Shown one piece after another: positions 1-8,021 of a DNA stretch of 64,000 nt. The translations under genes were made by a program, and so were the position numbers. Source of the stretch: Solirubrobacterales bacterium (GTDB lineage Bacteria; Actinomycetota; Thermoleophilia; Solirubrobacterales; JBBDJG01). Numbering within the stretch: position 1 is the stretch's first letter; each line of letters opens with the position of its first letter. The notes below the pieces were generated by a model. That model saw nothing but the letters and a program-made list of their open reading frames with translations, was not told the DNA's origin and did not search any database. The stretch is taken from assembly GCA_038326655.1 (NCBI GenBank), contig JBBQKG010000007.1:19067-83066 (forward strand), given 5' to 3'.

Positions 1-88
1 CGAGGTGCACCCCGTCGAAGGTGCCGAGCGCCAGCGCCCGCCCGCCCGGGGCGGCCAAGATCTCCTCGAGCGTTCGGTACACGTCCAT
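1..88 (-). CDS. ribF: Riboflavin kinase/FMN adenylyltransferase, N-terminal fragment (gene runs off the window start)
   Basis: Minus-strand ATG at 88..86 opens a frame reading MDVYRTLEEILAAPGGRALALGTFDGVHL. GTFDGVH is the N-terminal nucleotidyltransferase motif of RibF. ATGA overlap with the truB stop; classic truB-ribF synteny. Confidence 0.6.
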   Translation of the reverse strand, partial: MDVYRTLEEILAAPGGRALALGTFDGVHL

Positions 89-957
89 CAGGCCGACACC
101 ACCGCCACGGGCCGCAGCTTGCCGTCCCGGCACTCCGCCACGGCGACCAGCTCACCGGCCGCCGTGAGCCGCACGTCGACCGCGTCTGCATCGATGCCGC
201 CGGGCTCGACCGCACGGCCGTTTCGGACGAGCCGCTCCTCCTCGGGGTCGAGCGCTCGCTCCGGCAGGAACGAGAGCGCCTCGGCAAGCGGCACGAGCCG
301 CGCATCGTCTGCGGCCTCGACGGCGAAGGCCCCGATCGCCGTGCGCTCGAGCGACCCGCAGTAGGCGCCCACTCCGGTCAGCTCGCCGAGGTCGCCGACG
401 AGCGCCCGCACGTATGTGCCGCTGGAGCACTCCACCTCGAGCTCGGCCCGCTGCCCCTGGTGGTCGGGTTGGTCGTCGGCGAACGCGAGCACGTCGAGCC
501 GCGTGACGTGCACGCGGCGCACCGGTGTCTCGAAGCTCTCCCCTCGGTGCGCCTTGCGGTACAGGCGCTCGCCGCCCACCTTGACCGCCGATGTCAGCGG
601 CACGCGCTGGTCGATCTCGCCGACCAGGCGGGCGGCCGCAGCGCGGACGGCGGCCTCGTCGGTGCGACGCCCGGTCGCCTCGATCTCGCCGGTCGGGTCG
701 CCCGTGTCGGACACGGCACCCAGCCTCGCGATCGTCCTGTACGTCTTCGGAAGCGCCATGAAGAACCGCTGGAACCGGGTCGCCTTCCCGACCATCACGA
801 GCAGTAGCCCGGTCGCGAAGGGGTCGAGCGTGCCGGCATGGCCGACCTTCGCCCTGTGTGCGATCGGCAGCCTCCGCACGCGGTCGACGACATCGTGGGA
901 AGTGACGCCGGCCGGCTTCGCGACCAGCAGCACGCCGCTCGGCTGACCCCCGGCCAT
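88..957 (-). CDS. truB: tRNA pseudouridine(55) synthase TruB
   Basis: 289-aa ORF with an ATG start. Contains GVLLVAKPAGVTSHD and GHAGTLDPFATGLLLV (catalytic Asp motif). Sits after rbfA/nrnA as in most bacteria. Confidence 0.9.
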   Translation of the reverse strand: MAGGQPSGVLLVAKPAGVTSHDVVDRVRRLPIAHRAKVGHAGTLDPFATGLLLVMVGKATRFQRFFMALPKTYRTIARLGAVSDTGDPTGEIEATGRRTDEAAVRAAAARLVGEIDQRVPLTSAVKVGGERLYRKAHRGESFETPVRRVHVTRLDVLAFADDQPDHQGQRAELEVECSSGTYVRALVGDLGELTGVGAYCGSLERTAIGAFAVEAADDARLVPLAEALSFLPERALDPEEERLVRNGRAVEPGGIDADAVDVRLTAAGELVAVAECRDGKLRPVAVVSA

Positions 958-985
958 GACCCAGCGAAGCCTATCCCCCGTGCAG

Positions 986-1981
986 CTAGCGCTGCTGCGC
1001 GGCGATCTCGGCGCGGATGAAGCCGATCAGTCCGCGCAGGTCCTTCGTACTCGAGAACCCGGCGGCCTGCCGATGACCGCCGCCGCCCTCCTTGCGGGCG
1101 ATCACGCTCACATCGACGTCGTCGGTGGCAGCTCGCAGGCTCACCTTGTTGACGCCCTCGCGACCCTCCTTGAGCTGCTCCCGGACGAAGGCCGCCACGA
1201 CCGTCCCCTCGACCGCGCGGATGTGGTCGACGATGCCCTCCGAGTAGTTCTCGTCGGCGCCCGTCTCGTCGTAGTCGATGCGCGTGATGTGCGAGAGGGT
1301 GAGCCGGCCCTCGTCGAATCGCTCGACGCGGCTGAGGACGCGTGTCAGCAGCTGCAGCTTCGCGAACGGGACGTTCTCGTAGAGCTGGCGGAACTCCTGA
1401 TGGACGTCGACGCCGGCCTCGATCAGGTCCGCCGCCATCCGGTGCGACTCGGAGGTCGTGTTCTCGTACTGGAACTTGCCGGTGTCGGTCACGAGCCCGA
1501 CGTAGAGCGCCGCCGCGAGCGCCAGCGTCAGCTCGACGCCCAGGTCCGCGATCAGGTCGTAGACGATCTCGGCGGTGCAGGAAGCCGTGCCGACCACCAG
1601 GTTCGCGGTGCCGAAGCGCGTGTTGTCGTGGTGGTGGTCGATGTTCACGATGTGCGCGTCGTCGCGGCCGAGGAAGCTCACCGGCATGCGGTCGATGTTG
1701 CCGCAGTCCAGGAACACGATCGTGCGCTCCTCGGCGTCCGGTGGAAGCTCGTGGGTCACGTCGGCGAGCGGAAGCCTGCGGTACTCGTATGGCAGCGGGA
1801 ACTCCTCGGCCGACATGAACATCATGTTGTCCTTGCCCATCAGGTCGAGCACCATGTGCATGCCGACCAGCGACCCGAGTGCGTCACCGTCGGGGTTCTC
1901 GTGGGTGGTGAGCAGGAACTTCTCCCCGAGCCTGAGCTCCTCGACGACTTGGTCGCGCTCGGTCGTGACGTCGGCCTTCAC
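986..1981 (-). CDS. nrnA: DHH/DHHA1 family phosphoesterase (NrnA-like oligoribonuclease / pAp phosphatase)
   Basis: 331 aa with HENPDGDALGS, NIDHHHDN and a C-terminal GGGGHRQAAGF (DHHA1). GTGA overlap with the rbfA stop. Confidence 0.8.
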   Translation of the reverse strand: MKADVTTERDQVVEELRLGEKFLLTTHENPDGDALGSLVGMHMVLDLMGKDNMMFMSAEEFPLPYEYRRLPLADVTHELPPDAEERTIVFLDCGNIDRMPVSFLGRDDAHIVNIDHHHDNTRFGTANLVVGTASCTAEIVYDLIADLGVELTLALAAALYVGLVTDTGKFQYENTTSESHRMAADLIEAGVDVHQEFRQLYENVPFAKLQLLTRVLSRVERFDEGRLTLSHITRIDYDETGADENYSEGIVDHIRAVEGTVVAAFVREQLKEGREGVNKVSLRAATDDVDVSVIARKEGGGGHRQAAGFSSTKDLRGLIGFIRAEIAAQQR

Positions 1982-2325
1982 GAGGTGGTTCCCTCGTCGC
2001 GCAGCAGCTTTCCGATCCGCATCACGCGCTCGACGCTGGGGTCGTACTCGAAGCTGAGCTTGGGCGTGTGCTTCAGCCGCAGCCGCGAAGCCAGCCGCGA
2101 CTGCAGGTAGGCATGCGCGGACGCGAGCCCGGCCAGCGAGTCCTCGCGCTCCTTCTCGTCGCCGAGCACGCTCACAAACACGCGCGCGTGCCGGAGGTCG
2201 GGGCTGGTATCGACCGCCGTCACTGTCACGAAGCCGACGCGCGGGTTCTTGAGCTCGGTCGTGATCGCCTCGCTCAACACTTCGCGCACCGCCTCGTTGA
2301 CTCGCCTGATCCTGTCTTTGGGCAT
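1978..2325 (-). CDS. rbfA: Ribosome-binding factor A
   Basis: The tracked ORF 1978..2637 is over-extended. The internal ATG at 2325 gives MPKDRIRRVNEAVREVLSEAI...VTVTAVDTSPDLRHARVFVS, a typical 115-aa RbfA. Confidence 0.9.
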   Translation of the reverse strand: MPKDRIRRVNEAVREVLSEAITTELKNPRVGFVTVTAVDTSPDLRHARVFVSVLGDEKEREDSLAGLASAHAYLQSRLASRLRLKHTPKLSFEYDPSVERVMRIGKLLRDEGTTS

Positions 2326-2452
2326 GGGATTGGGATCGCAGGAACCTCCGTGGACACTGTCTCGACTATATACGCGATGTTTGCGTGCACCCGGCGAATC
2401 CCTGCTCGGTGAGCGCACGCAAACGCGGCCATTGCACCCCGGAGCGGGCTGC

Positions 2453-2755
2453 TCAGGCGTCGATGTCCTCGAACGAAACCAGCCGGCGGTCGACCCGCGC
2501 GCCTTCCGGAAAGCGCGCCAGCAGGTAGCGCTCGATGCTGTCGATCGCCCGCTCGAGCTCTCCGGCCGAGCCGGACACCATGGTCGCCGCGAGCGTTGCG
2601 CGCTGCCACAGGTCCTGGTCGGCGACCTCGGCGACACTCGCGCCGAAGCGCCTGGCGAGCGTCGAGCGCACCGACAGCAGCTCCTTCCGCTTGCCCTTCA
2701 GGCTGCCGTTGTCCGGTAGGTAGAGGTGGATCGTGAGGGCGGCCAAGAAAGGCAC
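2453..2755 (-). CDS. DUF503 (YlxP-like) protein
   Basis: The conserved part LTIHLYLPDNGSLKGKRKELLSVRSTL...ERYL lies between infB and rbfA, the usual DUF503 position. The tracked start at 2920 would overlap infB. The in-frame GTG at 2755 gives about 100 aa. Confidence 0.7.
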   Translation of the reverse strand: MPFLAALTIHLYLPDNGSLKGKRKELLSVRSTLARRFGASVAEVADQDLWQRATLAATMVSGSAGELERAIDSIERYLLARFPEGARVDRRLVSFEDIDA

Positions 2756-2757
2756 GG

Positions 2758-2802
2758 TCGTCGCTGGGCCAATCGTCCTTGGGCCAATCGTCCTTCGGCC
2801 AA
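2758..2802. repeat. Three tandem copies of a 15-bp unit (tcgtcSYtSggccaa) in the infB-DUF503 spacer
   Basis: Read directly: tcgtcgctgggccaa / tcgtccttgggccaa / tcgtccttcggccaa. Confidence 0.8.
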
Positions 2803-2826
2803 GAAAGATTTCGTTGTTCGATTGTT

Positions 2827-5127
2827 CTATTCGAGCTCTCGCTCGACCTGGCGCGTCTCGTAGGCCTCCAGCACATCCCCCTCCTTGACGTCCTGGAAGT
2901 TCTCGATCGTAATGCCGCACTCGAAGCCCTCTTCGACTTCACGCACGTCGTCCTTGAAACGCTTGAGCGACGAAAGCATGCCGTCGTAGATGATCGTGCC
3001 GTCGCGCAGCACGCGGATGTTGGCGGCACGCGTGATCTTGCCCTGGGTGACGTGGCACCCGGCGATCGTGCCGATCCGCGAAGCGCGGAAGATCTGCCGG
3101 ACCTCGGTCATGCCGAGCGACTCCTCGACCTCTTCCGGAGCGAGCATGCCCTGCATCGCCAACTTGAGCTCGTCGGTGATCTTGTAGATCACCGTGTAGG
3201 TGCGGACGTCGACCTCCTCCTGGTCGGCGAGCATCTTCGCCTCGGGCAGCGGCCGCACGTTGAAGCCGATGATGATCGCGCTCGAAGCCGCGGCAAGCAT
3301 CACGTCGGACTGAGTGATACCTCCGACCGCCGTGTGGAGCACGTTCAGCGTCACCTCCTCGCGCGAAAGCTTGGCGATCTGATCCTGGATCGCCTCGAGC
3401 GATCCCGCGACGTCCGCTTTCAGGACCAGGTTCAGCTCCACCGCCTGGCCCGCCTGCGCGCGCTCGAACACGTCCTCGAGGCTCACCACGGCCGACCGGC
3501 GCCGCGCGAGCGCCTCGGTCTTCAGGCGGATCGCGCGCTCGCTTGCGAGATGCCTCGCCTCGCGGTCGTTCCGCACCCCGCGCACGGGCTCGCCCGCGTC
3601 GGGCACGCTGTCGAATCCGAGGATCTCGACCGGCTCACCGGGCACGGCTTGCTCGACGCGCGCGCCGAGGAAGTCGTGCATCGCGCGGACCCGGCCCCAG
3701 TGGGCGCCCGCCACGAGCGCATCGCCCATCTGGAGCGTTCCGCGCTGCACGAGCACGGTTGCGACCGGGCCACGGCCCGGATCGAGCCTCGACTCGACCA
3801 CCGTGCCGCTCGCCGGCGCGTCCTTGTTGGCCTTGAGATCCTCGACCTCGGCCACCAGCAGGATCATCTCGACGAGGTTGTCGAGACCCTGCTTGGTCTT
3901 CGCCGAAACGTCCGCAAAGACGGTCTCACCGCCCCAGTCCTCCGGCGTCAGCCCCTGCGAGGCGAGCTCGCCGCGGACCCGGTTCGGGTCGGCGTTCTCC
4001 TTGTCGACCTTGTTCACCGCGATCACCATCGGCACGCCGGCCGCCTTCGCGTGATCGATCGCCTCCGTGGTCTGCGGCATCACGCCGTCGTCGGCGGCGA
4101 CCACGATCACGGCGATGTCGGTCACCTTCGCGCCGCGTGCGCGCATCGCGGTGAAAGCCTCGTGGCCGGGCGTGTCGAGGAACGTCACGACCCTGCCGTC
4201 GTGGTGCACCTGATAAGCGCCGATGTGCTGTGTGATCCCGCCGGCCTCGCCCGCCGCGACCTCGGTCTCGCGGATCGCGTCGAGCAGCGACGTCTTGCCG
4301 TGGTCGACGTGGCCCATGATCGTGACGACCGGCGGCCGGTCCGTGAGGTCCTCGTCGGCGTCCTCGAAGGCGAAATCGGTGTCCTCGTCCGCGGCGCGCA
4401 CGATCTCGACCTTCTTGTCGAACTCGTCCGCGATGATGCCGATCGCCTCGTCGGACAGAGTCTGGGTGATGGAGGCCATCTCGCCCATCGCCATCAGCTT
4501 CTTGATCACCTCGCCGGCCTGGACGCCGAGATGCTCGGCGACGTCGCGGACGGTCGCGCCCGAGGGGATCTTGACCGGCGGCAGCTCGGTTACGACCGTC
4601 GGCGGCCGGTCGCCGGGCTCGGGCGGCGGCGCGCCGCGGCCGCGGCTGCGGCGCCTGCGCTGCTGCTGGAACGGCGGCGGCGTCTGGCGGCGCGAAGCCT
4701 GTGAGTCGATCACGACGCGGCGCCGGCGGCCGCCCGACTGGGGCGTGCGCTCGCGCGCGGCCATCGCGCGGCGGTCGGGGCCGGCATCGGAGGAGCGGCG
4801 AGGCGGGCTGTCGCCGGGCTTTCCGTCCGGGCCGCTGCCCGGCTTCGCGGGCTGACCCGGCTGCGGCTGGGCGCCCTGCGCCTTGGGCTCCGGGCCGGAC
4901 TTTTCGCCCTGGGTCTTCGCGGCCGGGGCTTCCGGCTTCGGCGCTGGAGTGGCGCCCTGGGCGGAGCCGTTCGCGCCATCTCCGGAGAGCACCTTCACGG
5001 CGTCGGCCTCGTCGATCGTCGAGGCGGCCGCCTTCACGTCGACACCGGCGGCCTGCAGCCGGGCCAGGAGGTCCTTGCTCGAGACCCCCTTCTCCTTTGC
5101 AATCTCGTAGACGCGCTTCTTCGCCAC
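2827..5127 (-). CDS. infB: Translation initiation factor IF-2
   Basis: 766 aa. N-terminus [21 protein letters not shown], then a Pro/Ala/Gly/Arg-rich linker. GTPase motifs [20 protein letters not shown] and NKVD. GTG start 8 nt after the nusA stop. Confidence 0.95.
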   Translation of the reverse strand: MAKKRVYEIAKEKGVSSKDLLARLQAAGVDVKAAASTIDEADAVKVLSGDGANGSAQGATPAPKPEAPAAKTQGEKSGPEPKAQGAQPQPGQPAKPGSGPDGKPGDSPPRRSSDAGPDRRAMAARERTPQSGGRRRRVVIDSQASRRQTPPPFQQQRRRRSRGRGAPPPEPGDRPPTVVTELPPVKIPSGATVRDVAEHLGVQAGEVIKKLMAMGEMASITQTLSDEAIGIIADEFDKKVEIVRAADEDTDFAFEDADEDLTDRPPVVTIMGHVDHGKTSLLDAIRETEVAAGEAGGITQHIGAYQVHHDGRVVTFLDTPGHEAFTAMRARGAKVTDIAVIVVAADDGVMPQTTEAIDHAKAAGVPMVIAVNKVDKENADPNRVRGELASQGLTPEDWGGETVFADVSAKTKQGLDNLVEMILLVAEVEDLKANKDAPASGTVVESRLDPGRGPVATVLVQRGTLQMGDALVAGAHWGRVRAMHDFLGARVEQAVPGEPVEILGFDSVPDAGEPVRGVRNDREARHLASERAIRLKTEALARRRSAVVSLEDVFERAQAGQAVELNLVLKADVAGSLEAIQDQIAKLSREEVTLNVLHTAVGGITQSDVMLAAASSAIIIGFNVRPLPEAKMLADQEEVDVRTYTVIYKITDELKLAMQGMLAPEEVEESLGMTEVRQIFRASRIGTIAGCHVTQGKITRAANIRVLRDGTIIYDGMLSSLKRFKDDVREVEEGFECGITIENFQDVKEGDVLEAYETRQVERELE

Positions 5128-5135
5128 GGTGTCGG

Positions 5136-6575
5136 CTAGCGCTCCTCTCCGCCGCCGGCGGTTTCGGGCTGCGCGGGCACCGGCGCGGCGGGCTCGGGCG
5201 CGCCGTCCTGCGGCTCTGCGGCAACCTGCGGCTCGGCCGCGACCGGCGCCTCCTCCGTGGCCGGAGCGTCGGGCGCCTCCTCCACGGAGGACTCACCTGC
5301 GCCGTTGGCGGCGACGGGCACCTGCGCAGCCCCGGCGGGTTCCTCGGCCAGCGCCTGGTGGGCCGGAAGGCCGCAGTAGCGGGAGCCCGGCAGCGCCGCA
5401 TTCGGGCACCGCTTGCCGGAGCTGAGCACCGCGTGGCAGCGGCCGGACACGTCCTCCTCGGGCTGAACGCCCAGCTCGGCCTCTTCCTCAGCGAACTCGC
5501 TCTCGGACTTGATGTCCACGCGCCAGCCCGTCAGGCGGGCAGCGAGGCGCGCGTTCTGGCCCTCCTTGCCGATCGCGAGGGAGAGCTGGTCGTCGGGCAC
5601 GACGACCGTCGCCTGCTTGTTGTCGTCGTCGACGAGCACCTCGCGCACGCGGGCCGGCGACAGCGCCTTCGCGACGAATCGCGCGGGCTCCTCGTTGAAG
5701 GGAATGATGTCGATCTTCTCCCCGCGCAGCTCGGACACGACCATCCGGACGCGTGACCCGCGCGGACCCACGCAGGCGCCGACCGGGTCGACGCCGTCAG
5801 CATGCGAGACCACCGCGATCTTCGAGCGGTAGCCCGGCTCACGCGCGACGTTGACGATCTCGACGAGGCCGTCCGCGACCTCCGGCACCTCGAGCTCGAA
5901 CAGCTTCTTGATCAGCTCGGGGTTGCGGCGCGAGACGATGATGCTCGGCCCCTTGGTGCTCGAGGAAACCTCGGTGATCACCGCCTTCACGCGGGCGCCG
6001 TGGTCATACCGCTCGCTGTCGACCTGCTCGGATTTGGGCAGCAGCGCCTCGACGCGCTCGCGGAGCTGCACGAGCGTGTAACGCGAGTCCGACTGCTGGA
6101 TGATCCCGGTGATCATCTCGCCCACGCGGTCCTGGTACTCCTCGAACATCATGTCGCGCTCGGCCTCGCGGATCCGCTGGAGGATCACCTGCTTGGCGGT
6201 CTGCGCGGCGATCCGGCCGAAGTCGGTCGGGGTGACGTCGCGGCTCGAGATCTGGTCCTCGTACTCGGCCAGCTTCTCGAGGTCGATCTCGGGCTCCTCG
6301 GGCTCTCGCATCTCGCCCGTCTCCGGGTCGATCGTCTGCTCGGACTCGATCGCCTCCTTGACGAGCTTCTCCTCGAGCTCGGGAGGAAGGATCAGCTCGA
6401 ACACGCGGAAGTCCGCGGTCCTGCGATCCATGTCGACGCGGGCGTACCTCGCCGCGCCGGGGGTCTTCTTGTAGGCAGACAGCAGTGCATCCTCGAGCGC
6501 CCGCATGAGGGTCTCCGAAGAGATGCCCTTCTCCTTCTCGAGCGTCTGGACTGCTTCTACGATCTCCTTGCTCAC
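5136..6575 (-). CDS. nusA: Transcription termination/antitermination factor NusA with a Cys-containing, Ala/Pro/Glu-rich C-terminal extension
   Basis: GTG at 6575 (GTGA overlap with the rimP stop) gives VSKEIVEAVQTLEKEKGISSETLMRALEDALLSAYKK. S1 and KH regions are present (GACVGPRGSRVRMVVSELRGEKIDII). The tracked ORF start at 6656 is over-extended. Confidence 0.9.
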   Translation of the reverse strand: MSKEIVEAVQTLEKEKGISSETLMRALEDALLSAYKKTPGAARYARVDMDRRTADFRVFELILPPELEEKLVKEAIESEQTIDPETGEMREPEEPEIDLEKLAEYEDQISSRDVTPTDFGRIAAQTAKQVILQRIREAERDMMFEEYQDRVGEMITGIIQQSDSRYTLVQLRERVEALLPKSEQVDSERYDHGARVKAVITEVSSSTKGPSIIVSRRNPELIKKLFELEVPEVADGLVEIVNVAREPGYRSKIAVVSHADGVDPVGACVGPRGSRVRMVVSELRGEKIDIIPFNEEPARFVAKALSPARVREVLVDDDNKQATVVVPDDQLSLAIGKEGQNARLAARLTGWRVDIKSESEFAEEEAELGVQPEEDVSGRCHAVLSSGKRCPNAALPGSRYCGLPAHQALAEEPAGAAQVPVAANGAGESSVEEAPDAPATEEAPVAAEPQVAAEPQDGAPEPAAPVPAQPETAGGGEER

Positions 6576-7066
6576 TTCTGCCTCGCGATCTTGCCACCGG
6601 CGGCGATCAGGTTCGAGCGGCGGATGCGCTCGTGCGGGATCGTCAGCGTGCCCCACTCGCCCGCGAGCGCGACGCCGCGGTCATCGGCTCCGATCAGCTC
6701 GCCCTTGAAGTCGTTGCGGCCCTCGATCGAGTCACGCGTGCGAATGCGCACCCGCGAGCCCATGAAGCGGTGATAGTGGTCCAGCTTCGTGAGCGGGCGC
6801 TCCGGCCCCGGCGAGGAGACCTCGACCGTGTAGTCACGCAGAAGGTCACGGAGATGGCGGGTGACACGCGCGCACAGCTCGACGTCGACGCCGCCCTCGC
6901 GGTCGAGGAAGATGCGCAGGATGGGCGCGCGCCGCGCACCGACCAGCTCAACGGCCACGACCTCCACGTCCGGCTCGAGGTCGGCGATGCGCTCCTCGAT
7001 CTCCGCCTGGATGCGGGCACGGCCATCTGTTTCCAATTGGTCCTCTTTTAGTGAAGTGCTCAACAT
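6572..7066 (-). CDS. rimP: Ribosome maturation factor RimP
   Basis: Contains VVAVELVGARRAPILRIFLDREGGVDVELCARVTRHL, typical of RimP. The start is uncertain: TTG 7075 lies inside a terminator U-tract, so ATG 7066 is used here. TTG 7036 behind AAAGAGGA is an alternative. Confidence 0.8.
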   Translation of the reverse strand: MLSTSLKEDQLETDGRARIQAEIEERIADLEPDVEVVAVELVGARRAPILRIFLDREGGVDVELCARVTRHLRDLLRDYTVEVSSPGPERPLTKLDHYHRFMGSRVRIRTRDSIEGRNDFKGELIGADDRGVALAGEWGTLTIPHERIRRSNLIAAGGKIARQK

Positions 7067-7073
7067 TTCTCGC

Positions 7074-7098
7074 AAAAAAAGTGGGCTGGAAGGCCCAC
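7074..7098 (-). terminator. Intrinsic terminator (GUGGGC-6nt-GCCCAC + U7) downstream of dtd and immediately upstream of rimP
   Basis: The minus strand reads GTGGGCcttccaGCCCACttttttt, a perfect 6-bp GC stem followed by seven T. Confidence 0.75.
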
Positions 7099-7186
7099 TT
7101 CTGAAAGAGCGGCGACACGCCGCAGGTCTCCCGTCTGTCGGTCGGCGAAGTATAGCGATGGAGGGTGTACGTTCCGGGAGGGTCCG

Positions 7187-7624
7187 CTAGGCCTCGAGCA
7201 TCAGTGTGACGGGGCCTTCGTTGACGAGCGAGACCGACATCCGGGCGCCGAAGCGACCGCGCTCGACGGGCACGCCGCGGCCCTCCAGCTCACGGCAGAA
7301 CTGCTCGTAGAGCCGCTCCGCCTCACTGGGCTCCGCGGCGCCCGTGAAGCTCGGCCGGAGGCCCCGGCGCGTATCGCCGTAGAGCGTGAACTGACTGACC
7401 GCGAGCACGGACGCTCCGAGGTCGAGCAGCGACCGGTCCATGCGCCCTCCTTCGCCGTCGAACACGCGCAGCTTCGAAAGCTTGTCGGCGAGCCGCCCGG
7501 CCTGCTCGGAGTCGTCGCCCTCCCCCACGCCTAGCAACACCAGGAGGCCCTCGCCGATCTCGCCGACGGTCTCGCCGCCGACGCTGACGGAGGCGTGGCT
7601 CACGCGTTGGATCAGCGCGCGCAC
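7187..7624 (-). CDS. dtd: D-aminoacyl-tRNA deacylase
   Basis: GTG at 7624 gives VRALIQRVSHASVSVGGETVGEI...SQFTLYGDTRRGLRPSF...NEGPVTLMLEA (145 aa). The tracked 257-aa ORF is over-extended. Confidence 0.9.
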   Translation of the reverse strand: MRALIQRVSHASVSVGGETVGEIGEGLLVLLGVGEGDDSEQAGRLADKLSKLRVFDGEGGRMDRSLLDLGASVLAVSQFTLYGDTRRGLRPSFTGAAEPSEAERLYEQFCRELEGRGVPVERGRFGARMSVSLVNEGPVTLMLEA

Positions 7625-7634
7625 GGGCCGGCGA

Positions 7635-8021
7635 TCAGTCGCTGACCCTGTCCCGGTAGATCCTGTAGTCGGTCCTGTCCGGCCGCATGCCGCACGCGAG
7701 CGACATGTGGCGACGGGCCGCGCGGCGGTCGCCCAGCTTCTCGAGCGAGCGGCCGAGGCAGAAGTGCGCATAGTCGTCCGCAGGGCTCTGCTCGACGACC
7801 GCGGAGAACTCCGTGGCCGCGGGCCGGTAGCGGCCGCTGCGGAAGTATGCGCGCCCGAGCGCCTCGCGGATCGAGGTCTTGTCCGGCTCCAGGCGCTTCG
7901 CCTTCTCGAGCGACACCGCGGCCTGCGCCCAGTGCCTTTCGGCGAGCAGCGACAGACCACGCTGGAAGAGGGCGTAGGCGTCGTCGGACGCGGGATCTTG
8001 GGGCAGGTACTCGCGGCTCAT
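7635..8021 (-). CDS. Tetratricopeptide-repeat protein
   Basis: 128 aa with TPR-like helical repeats (AYALFQRGLSLLAERHWAQAAVSLEKAKRLEPD..., REALGRAYFRSGRYRPAATEF). ATGA overlap with the coaBC stop. High GC3. Confidence 0.7.
   Translation of the reverse strand: MSREYLPQDPASDDAYALFQRGLSLLAERHWAQAAVSLEKAKRLEPDKTSIREALGRAYFRSGRYRPAATEFSAVVEQSPADDYAHFCLGRSLEKLGDRRAARRHMSLACGMRPDRTDYRIYRDRVSD

Noticed and set aside
2758-2802. Short tandem repeats (here and at 27281..27310) considered as a possible CRISPR-like array.
   Set aside because: The units are contiguous 15-mers without spacers, with only 2-3 copies and no cas genes. They are simple slippage repeats.
2779-4704. A 641-codon plus-strand ORF opposite infB. 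Similar very long opposite-strand ORFs occur at 13646..15913, 38317..40008, 49671..51695, 55671..57422 and 60885..63095.
   Set aside because: All lie antisense to genes with unmistakable conserved motifs. Their translations are Arg/Gly/Asp/Leu/His-rich with no recognisable domains. Stop codons are simply rare in the antisense frames of very GC-rich genes. They are shadow ORFs, not overlapping genes.
3926-5401. A 491-codon minus-strand ORF, extremely Arg/Pro/Gly-rich, overlapping infB and nusA in another frame.
   Set aside because: It is an alternative frame of the low-complexity IF-2 N-terminal region. It has no start context and no domain, and its composition is typical of out-of-frame GC-rich sequence.
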